37,355 nucleotides of DNA, from NCBI GenBank assembly GCA_903858835.1, contig CAIOKD010000062.1, positions 1 to 37,355 of the forward strand, read 5' to 3'. A model generated the notes under the pieces. That model was not told where the DNA came from and made no database searches. It worked only from the letters and a program-made list of their open reading frames with translations. The stretch is from an uncultured Verrucomicrobiota bacterium. GTDB lineage: Bacteria > Verrucomicrobiota > Verrucomicrobiia > Limisphaerales > UBA9464. Of the stretch, positions 30,756 through 37,355 are shown one piece after another. Every line of letters begins with the position of its first letter. Positions within the stretch are counted from its first letter, which is position 1. The position numbers and the translations under genes were made by a program.

Positions 30756-31721
30756 TCAGTCGAAGGCGTGACCGGCGCAGCAGAGGACGTTGCGGAGCTT
30801 GTGGCGCACGAGTTCCTTCACGGCCTTGCGGGCGGGTCCGAGGTACTTCCGGGGGTCGAATTCCTTCGGCTTGGTGACGAGGACCTCGCGGATCGCGGCG
30901 GTCATCGCCAGGCGGAGATCGGTGTCGATGTTGACCTTGGTGCAACCCACGCGGCGGGCCACCTCGATGTCGGCCTCGGACACGCCGGCGGTCTCTTCGC
31001 CGAGGTCGCCACCGTACTTGTTGATCTTCTGGGCCAGATCTTTCGGGACCGAGGAGGCTCCGTGCAACACCAGCGGGTAGTCGCCCATGCCAGCGTCGAG
31101 CAGGGCCTTCTTGATCGCCTTGAGGCGCTCGAGGTCGAGGTGCTGCTCGCCCTTGAACTTGTAGGCGCCGTGACTATTGCCAATGGCGACGGCCAGGGAG
31201 TCCACGCCGGACTGTTTGACGAACTGGACGGCCTCTTCGGGGTGGGTGTAGGCACCACCCTTGGAGTAGCTGCCGCCCTCCTCGCCGTCGTCGTGCTGGG
31301 CTCCTACGAGCATGCCCAACTCGCCCTCGACCACACAGTTGTGCTTGTGGGCGTACTCGACGACCTTGGCGCAGATCTCGACGTTCTTCTCGAACGGATC
31401 GTGCGAGGCATCGATCATCACGCTGGTGAAGCCCTCGTCGATGCACTGCTTGCACAGCTCGAAGCTGTCACCGTGGTCCAGATGGACCGCGATGGGGATG
31501 GTGGACAGCTTGACCGCGGAGTCGATCAACCCCTTCAGGTACACCGGGTGGGCGTAATCGCGGGCGCCCTTGGAGATCTGAAGCATCACGGGGGCCTTCT
31601 CTTCCTCACAGGCCTCGATGATGGCCTGGAGCAGCTCCATGTTGTTCACATTGAAGGCTCCGAGGGCGTACTTGCCCTTCAGGGCCTTCGCGAACAGGTC
31701 GCGGGTGTGGGTCAGTGGCAT
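30756..31721 (-). CDS. fba: Class II fructose-1,6-bisphosphate aldolase
   Basis: YALGAFNVNN, AVHLDHG, FTSVMIDAS, VEGELG, LAVAIGNSHGAYK, LVLHGAS, KVNIDTDLR, FDPRKY. Start ATG 31721; promoter TTTCCA-17-TAGTGT at 31798-31770. Confidence 0.95.
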   Translation of the reverse strand: MPLTHTRDLFAKALKGKYALGAFNVNNMELLQAIIEACEEEKAPVMLQISKGARDYAHPVYLKGLIDSAVKLSTIPIAVHLDHGDSFELCKQCIDEGFTSVMIDASHDPFEKNVEICAKVVEYAHKHNCVVEGELGMLVGAQHDDGEEGGSYSKGGAYTHPEEAVQFVKQSGVDSLAVAIGNSHGAYKFKGEQHLDLERLKAIKKALLDAGMGDYPLVLHGASSVPKDLAQKINKYGGDLGEETAGVSEADIEVARRVGCTKVNIDTDLRLAMTAAIREVLVTKPKEFDPRKYLGPARKAVKELVRHKLRNVLCCAGHAFD

Positions 31722-31832
31722 AGGTCTAGGTGGATATCTCACCGGCGTTTGCCAGCCGGCTGGGAAGGGACACTAGGAAAGCGGACCGGCGCTGGAAACT
31801 GGTTTTTTACCCCCTCCGGCCCACGAGGCGAC

Positions 31833-32627
31833 TCACCACCACAGCCCGTTGATGTCCACCTTCTGCGACATGTCCGAGGGGTCGTAGTCCTTGGGAAAGC
31901 GGAACAACGCCACATGGCCGTCGCCGTAGGCCATGTTCCAGCCGCGCTGACCACGGTTGTTGTGCCACACACTCCGGTCGCGGTTGGCCCCGGCGACCTG
32001 TCCGTCCCCGGAGTCGCGGCTGCCATGCCACGGCCAGTCGCCCTGCATGATCTTGGTCGCTGGGGCCAGGGCGATCTCCGAATTCTTGATGGGCTTGGAA
32101 TCGCCCGCAACCGTGGGTGAGGCCAGGTTCCCGGTGATGTGCTTCACCCCGAACCAGTCGACGGCCCACATGACCAGATAGCTGTTGCCCCAGGCAGGGT
32201 AACACCCCTTCTTGGACTCCGCCGCCCAGTAGCTGTCGCCCTTGTCGGAGGGGCAACGGAAGGCCTCGGCGGCCGACACATAGGCGTTGAGGGGACGATT
32301 GGTCTCCCAGGCGTTGCTGTCGTGGACGATGCTGACCTTGGTCTTGCCCGGTGCGGCCCTCAGGGGGACTCCCGGGGTTCCCGACCAGATCTCGCCCCCG
32401 ACGGTGGCCCAATCGCCGTGCGCCGGCATGAGGTCCTGGTTGTCGGCGGAGTACATCGCATAGCCCAGGTACTGCTGCTTCTGGTTGCTCACGCAGCGGG
32501 TGGCGTTGGCCTTGACCTTCGCCTTGGCGAGGGCGGGCAGGAGCATCCCCGCCAAGATGGCGATGATGGCGATGACCACTAGCAGTTCGATGAGGGTGAA
32601 TGCTCTTCGAGAGGGGTTGGGCTTCAT
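31833..32627 (-). CDS. Prepilin-type N-terminal cleavage/methylation protein with H-X9-DG C-terminal motif
   Basis: [61 protein letters not shown]. Start ATG 32627. Confidence 0.9.
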   Translation of the reverse strand: MKPNPSRRAFTLIELLVVIAIIAILAGMLLPALAKAKVKANATRCVSNQKQQYLGYAMYSADNQDLMPAHGDWATVGGEIWSGTPGVPLRAAPGKTKVSIVHDSNAWETNRPLNAYVSAAEAFRCPSDKGDSYWAAESKKGCYPAWGNSYLVMWAVDWFGVKHITGNLASPTVAGDSKPIKNSEIALAPATKIMQGDWPWHGSRDSGDGQVAGANRDRSVWHNNRGQRGWNMAYGDGHVALFRFPKDYDPSDMSQKVDINGLWW

Positions 32628-32732
32628 GAGAACACTCCAAGGTGGGAGTCGCTGGGAATTCAACGGTTTGCTACCCCCTTCCCCAGGGCCGCGCCAGCAA
32701 CATTTTGCACCGTCCCCGAGTCCAGAGCGGAC

Positions 32733-34187
32733 TCAAGCAATGAGCTTGTCGACCACCTCGCCGAAGACGTCGGTCAGGCGGAAATCGCGGCCCTGGAACC
32801 GGTAGGTGAGCTTCTCGTGGTCGAAACCCAGCAGTCGCAGGATCGTGGCATGCAGGTCGTGGACATGGACCTTGTCGACCGCGGCATTGAAGCCGAAGTC
32901 GTCAGAGGCGCCCACGGTAATGCCCGGACGGACCCCCCCGCCGGCCAGCCACATGGAAAAACAGTTCGGGTGATGGTCACGCCCGTCGTCGCCGCCCTGC
33001 ACCATGGGCGTGCGGCCGAACTCCCCACCCCAGATCACCAGGGTGTCGTCGAGCAACCCCCGGGCCTTGAGATCCTGGATCAACGCAGCGTTGGCCCGGT
33101 CGGTGTCGGCGCAGTTGCGCTTGAGGTCGCCAGCCAGGTTGCCGTGCTGGTCCCAAGCCTCGTGGAAGATCTGCACGAACCGCGTGCCGCGCTCCACGAG
33201 CCGGCGCGCCAGGAGGCAGGCCGTGCCATAGGTCGTCTTGCCGGGGGTAGCCCCATAGAGGTCCAAGATATGCTGGGGCTCGCTTCGGATGTCCATGAGC
33301 TCGGGCGCGCTGGATTGCATCCGGTAGGCCATCTCGAACGAATTGATGCGGGTGGCGATCTCGGGGTCCCCCACCCGTCCCAGGCGCTGCCGGTTGAGTT
33401 CCTGGATGGCGTCCAGGGTCTGCCGTTGGGCGGTGCCATCCACCCCCTTCGGATTGGAGAGGTAGAGCACCGGATCGCCCCCACTTCGGAACAGCACTCC
33501 ATTGTGCACGCTGGGGAGGAAACCCGCCCCCCAATTGGAGGCGCCGCCGCTGGTGCCCTTGCTGCCGGTGGAGAACACCACGTAGGCGGGCAGGTTGCTG
33601 CTCTCGCTGCCGAGACCGTAGGTTGTCCAGGCGCCGAGGCTCGGCCGACCGAACTGCTGGGACCCGGTGTTCATGAAAATCTGCGCCGGGGCATGATTGA
33701 AGGCGTCGGTGTGCATCGATCTCACGATGGCGATGTCGTCGGCCACGCTCGCCAGGTGCGGCATGAGTTCCGAGATCTCCTGACCAGAACGGCCATGCCG
33801 AGCGAACTTGAACTTGGGGCCCAGCAGCTTGGAATTCGGGCTGATGAAGGCGGCCCGGTATCCCTTCAGCAACTCGGCCGGCGGCAGCTTGCCGCTCCAC
33901 TTGGCCAGCTCCGGCTTGTGGTCGAAGAGTTCCAGGTGACTGGGGGCCCCGGCTTGGAACAGGTAGATGACCCTCTTGGCCTTGGCCGGGAACGGGGACG
34001 GCTTGGCGGACAAGTGCCCGGCGGCGGAGACCGGCGAACGGCCGGTGGCCGCCTGGGCCGAATCGCCGAGCAGCGCGTGCAGGGCGGCCATCCCGAGACC
34101 CACCCCGCAGTCCCGAAAGAACCAACGCCGAGTCAGGTGGGCCCGATGCTCCGAAAGGGCGTGCTGGAGAACGGAGATGCGATTCAT
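32733..34187 (-). CDS. DUF1501 domain protein (Tat signal)
   Basis: TRRWFFRD; [25 protein letters not shown]; NHAPA; FEMAYRMQ; WDQH; WGGEFGRTP; GRDHHP. SD AAGGAG upstream of ATG 34187. Confidence 0.9.
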   Translation of the reverse strand: MNRISVLQHALSEHRAHLTRRWFFRDCGVGLGMAALHALLGDSAQAATGRSPVSAAGHLSAKPSPFPAKAKRVIYLFQAGAPSHLELFDHKPELAKWSGKLPPAELLKGYRAAFISPNSKLLGPKFKFARHGRSGQEISELMPHLASVADDIAIVRSMHTDAFNHAPAQIFMNTGSQQFGRPSLGAWTTYGLGSESSNLPAYVVFSTGSKGTSGGASNWGAGFLPSVHNGVLFRSGGDPVLYLSNPKGVDGTAQRQTLDAIQELNRQRLGRVGDPEIATRINSFEMAYRMQSSAPELMDIRSEPQHILDLYGATPGKTTYGTACLLARRLVERGTRFVQIFHEAWDQHGNLAGDLKRNCADTDRANAALIQDLKARGLLDDTLVIWGGEFGRTPMVQGGDDGRDHHPNCFSMWLAGGGVRPGITVGASDDFGFNAAVDKVHVHDLHATILRLLGFDHEKLTYRFQGRDFRLTDVFGEVVDKLIA

Positions 34188-34192
34188 AGGGT

Positions 34193-37078
34193 TCACTCCT
34201 TGGTGATGGTCTCGTCGAGGTTCAAGAGGGCCCGGGCCACGGCGGCATGGGCGGCCAGGGTGGCCGGGGTGACTCCCGGAGGCAGGTCTCCCACCGGGCC
34301 CGTACCGCCGGTGGCGAGTTCCGAGGCATTCAACCAACCCTCGGCGATCCGGGTCCGCTGTTGGAGCAGGAGATGACCAAGCACCTTCAGTTCCTCCGGG
34401 CGGGGCGACCGGCCCAAGACCTGCCGGAAGGCGAAGGTGATCCGCTGCTCGTCGGTCTTGCCGCCCTCGTTCACCGATTTGAGCGCCAGCGCCCGCGCGG
34501 CCTCCACGAACTGGGGCTCGTTGAGCGAGGTCAGGGCCTGCAATGGCGTGTTGGACCTCAGACGCCGGACACACGAGGCGTCGCCGTTCGGTGTGTCGAA
34601 GGCCTGGAGGACCGGATAGGGAATGCTGCGGAAACGGAACGCGTACAACGACCGTCGGTACCGGTCGGGCCCCTTCTCCTCGATCCAGGTCTTCGGCCCG
34701 TAGCTGGCGGGCGGCTGGAACAGGAACTCCGGAGCCGGCGGATAGACCGCACGCCCACCTAGGGCTGGATTCAGAAGCCCGGACACCGACAGCGCGATGT
34801 CACGAACGATTTCGCCCTCGACCCGGAACCGCGGCCCGCGGGCCAGAAGACGGTTGTCGGGGTCCCGCTCCCGCAGGGCTTCATTGAAGCGACTGGACTG
34901 ACGATACACGGCCGAACCGGTGATGAGCCGGTGCAGATGCCTCAAGGACCACGGGGGCACCCCGGGCTGGGAGGGCTCCATGAACTCGACGGCCAACCAG
35001 TCGAGCAGTTCGCGATGCGAGGCCGGCGGGGACTGCGTCCCCAGGTCTTCCACGGTCTCCACCAGACCGACCCCGAAGTACTGTTGCCAGACCCGATTGA
35101 CCGCCACGCGCGCGGTCGTGGGTGAACGGCGATCGGTGAGCCAGCGGGCCAATGTGAGTCGGGAATCGTCGGCGCCCGGCGGCAGCGGATGCAGGAATGA
35201 CGGGGTCGCGTGGCCGACCTCGCGGTCCGGCTTGAGCCAGTCACCCCGGCGGAAAACCCGGGTCGCCATCCGAGCCTCGCCGGGCCCCTCTCCGCGACGG
35301 GCCGCGAACACCAGCGCGGGCGAGCCTTCGGGCCATTGCTTCCAGAGCGCCTCGATCCGGGCATTGGCTTCCGCGAATTCCGGGCGGGTGGTGCGCCAGT
35401 GGGAGAACACGGCCGCGGTCTGGCCAGCGGTGCGACGCTCGGCCGGGACCATCACCACGATCTCGCGCACGGCCGCCGGCAGCGGGTCGGCCACGGCATG
35501 GGTGGCGGCGGTGACCGAGATCCGGAAACGACCGAGGTTGTGGGTCTGGAGGTCGTCGGAATTCCACCCGCCATGCTCCTGGTGGAGTTCGATCTCCAGG
35601 ATGGCTCCCTTCGGGAAGGCCACGGGTTTCTCGGCGACGAACACGGCCTTGCGGGACTGGTTCCGCCGTCCCGGCCCGGCGTCGATGCCCCAGGCGGTGT
35701 CCATCTTGCCGTCAATGGCGTGGGACACCGGACCATAGGTACGCTTCTTGCCCGAGCGGTCGTCGAACTCCGCCTCCAGGGGTTTCTCCTCGTTGGAGAA
35801 ATCGGCGGTCGCGCGGACGAATTTCACCGAGGTCTTGTTGGTCGGATTCTGTCGGTCCCAGGCGGTGACCTTGAACTCGCTCAGGGCCGCCATGCCGCGG
35901 ATGGATCGGCCAGGGCCCTGGCAGGGCAGGTTCGGGTCGGTGAGCTGCTCGAGGCGGAAAGCCGCGATCGAGGGAAGATCATTGGTGCCCCGGAAGTGCG
36001 CGGCCCATTGGGTGGGCGCATAGCTGGCCGCTCGGATGGATCCGTCTTCGTACTGGTAGAAGCGTTCACCGTTGTCGCCGACATGCTCGCAGCGGACCAC
36101 GGACCATTCGGGCTGCTCACCCCGCACCGAGGCCTCCCAGGCGGCCATGCGGGTTTCCCAGTCGGGCGTGGTGTGGCGGAGCCCCTCCTCCTCTTCACGG
36201 ATCTGCCGGGCCAACTGGTCGCGAAGGCGTTGCTCGGTGGGACTGTAGGCGACCATCGAGGATTCGTGGTCGTTGTTCAGGAAGGCGAAGAGCCGGTAGT
36301 ACTCCTCCTGCGAGATCGGGTCGTACTTGTGGTCATGGCATTGGGCGCACTGGATCGTGATGCCCAGCACCGCCTTGCCGATGCAGTCCATGCGGTCGAT
36401 CAGGCCGTCGATGCGGAACTGCTCGGGATCGGCCCCGCCCTCTTCGTTGAGCATGGCATTGCGCAGGAACCCGGTGGCCACACGCTGGGAATCGGTGGCC
36501 CCTGGCAATTGATCACCGGCGATCTGCTCCACAAGGAACCGGTCGTAAGGAAGGTCGCGGTTGAGAGCGTCGACCACCCAGTCGCGGTAGGCCCAGACGA
36601 AGCGGGGCTTGTCCTTCTCGAAACCGTCGGAATCGGCGTACCGGGCCGCATCCAGCCAATGCCGTGCCCAGCGCTCGCCATGATGGGGCGAGGCCAGCAG
36701 GGCCGAAACCGCCCGATCCCAGGCCTGCGGGGACTTGTCGGTCACGAAACGATCGACCTCGGCCGGCGAGGGCGGCAGTCCAGTGAGATCGAGGTGCAGG
36801 CGACGCAACAGGGTGACCCGGTCGGCCTCGGGAGAGGGCTTGAGACCCTCCGCCTCAAGGCGGGCCAGAATGAACCGGTCGATGGGATTGCGGACCCATT
36901 CCACTCGGCGCACGGGGGGCAACCCAGGGCGGACCGGAACCTTCCAGGCCCAGTGGTCGCGGCGCACGGCATTCGTCGGCGAGGCTCCCCAGCCCGCTAC
37001 GCCCATGCAGAACCACCCCAGGAGCGCGAACCGGACGCCCCAGCGTGCAGGGATGGAGGAAAAGGCGAGGGTGTTCAC
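34193..37078 (-). CDS. DUF1549/DUF1553 (PSD1) protein lacking the N-terminal PSCyt1 domain
   Basis: Signal-like N-terminus followed directly by DHWAWK; NPIDRF; WLDAARYADSDG; CAQCHDHKYDP; LLDWLA; RRSLY; NTPLQAL; LLNLDET. Start GTG 37078 preferred. Confidence 0.9.
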   Translation of the reverse strand: MNTLAFSSIPARWGVRFALLGWFCMGVAGWGASPTNAVRRDHWAWKVPVRPGLPPVRRVEWVRNPIDRFILARLEAEGLKPSPEADRVTLLRRLHLDLTGLPPSPAEVDRFVTDKSPQAWDRAVSALLASPHHGERWARHWLDAARYADSDGFEKDKPRFVWAYRDWVVDALNRDLPYDRFLVEQIAGDQLPGATDSQRVATGFLRNAMLNEEGGADPEQFRIDGLIDRMDCIGKAVLGITIQCAQCHDHKYDPISQEEYYRLFAFLNNDHESSMVAYSPTEQRLRDQLARQIREEEEGLRHTTPDWETRMAAWEASVRGEQPEWSVVRCEHVGDNGERFYQYEDGSIRAASYAPTQWAAHFRGTNDLPSIAAFRLEQLTDPNLPCQGPGRSIRGMAALSEFKVTAWDRQNPTNKTSVKFVRATADFSNEEKPLEAEFDDRSGKKRTYGPVSHAIDGKMDTAWGIDAGPGRRNQSRKAVFVAEKPVAFPKGAILEIELHQEHGGWNSDDLQTHNLGRFRISVTAATHAVADPLPAAVREIVVMVPAERRTAGQTAAVFSHWRTTRPEFAEANARIEALWKQWPEGSPALVFAARRGEGPGEARMATRVFRRGDWLKPDREVGHATPSFLHPLPPGADDSRLTLARWLTDRRSPTTARVAVNRVWQQYFGVGLVETVEDLGTQSPPASHRELLDWLAVEFMEPSQPGVPPWSLRHLHRLITGSAVYRQSSRFNEALRERDPDNRLLARGPRFRVEGEIVRDIALSVSGLLNPALGGRAVYPPAPEFLFQPPASYGPKTWIEEKGPDRYRRSLYAFRFRSIPYPVLQAFDTPNGDASCVRRLRSNTPLQALTSLNEPQFVEAARALALKSVNEGGKTDEQRITFAFRQVLGRSPRPEELKVLGHLLLQQRTRIAEGWLNASELATGGTGPVGDLPPGVTPATLAAHAAVARALLNLDETITKE

Positions 37079-37124
37079 AACCCCAGCATCCTGCCCCCGG
37101 CATTCCCGGCGGTCCAATCGGATT

Positions 37125-37355
37125 TCAGGATCCCGCCTCGCAATGGGGACAGGCCCCGCCCGACGAAGGACTCAAGTAGGGGATCCCCAGGGACAGACCC
37201 CGGAGGATCAACAAAACCCCGACACCGGACACCACCCAGGGCACGGCCTTTTGAAGGCGGGCCCGCGAGGCGAAGCCCAATCGCTGACCCACACCGTCGA
37301 CGACCAGGAGCAACGGCAGGGTTCCGAGGCCGAAAACGGCCATCGAGAGGGCCCC
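37125..37355 (-). CDS. 3' end of a DsbD_2 / sulfite-exporter TauE/SafE-like membrane protein (truncated by the window edge)
   Basis: MAVFGLGTLP...GVLLILRGLSLGIPYLSP...CPHC matches the C-terminus of this family as recalled; reading frame open to the window end. Confidence 0.65.
   Translation of the reverse strand, partial: GALSMAVFGLGTLPLLLVVDGVGQRLGFASRARLQKAVPWVVSGVGVLLILRGLSLGIPYLSPSSGGACPHCEAGS

Noticed and set aside
31833-32627. Prepilin-like gene as evidence of a type IV pilus or T2SS locus
   Set aside because: No assembly genes nearby; such genes are highly multicopy and dispersed in PVC genomes.

Overview
A GC-rich, gene-dense bacterial chromosomal window. The gene content (two DUF1553/DUF1549 + DUF1501 pairs, a prepilin-type H-X9-DG protein, RpoD-like sigma with KQSIKR) suggests a PVC-superphylum organism, probably Verrucomicrobiota; this is inference. 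About 31 CDSs. Housekeeping: rex, rlmN, hisH, rho, pdxJ-acpS, a lipoate-ligase-family gene, pheA, fba, a TrmA/RlmD methyltransferase. Edges: a partial Y1/RAYT-type transposase (left) and a partial DsbD_2/TauE-like membrane protein (right). Top candidate for an undescribed system is at 5929-8341: a CarH/LitR-type cobalamin-binding MerR regulator with the W-x9-EH motif, divergent from an RpoD-family sigma-70 gene. The sigma's TTGACA -35 lies inside a phased array of 11-bp CarH-operator-like repeats, and no carotenoid genes are in the window. This suggests a B12/light-gated sigma factor. Other notable items: an Rsm22/METTL17-like methyltransferase with four putative Fe-S cysteines in a triple-methyltransferase run, an orphan EhpF/GriC-like adenylating enzyme, an EF-hand membrane protein, a VHL-domain S9 peptidase, and recurrent CANNNT -10 boxes with leaderless starts. 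No rRNA, tRNA or CRISPR array was recognised. Start codons were chosen by eye and no database search was run.
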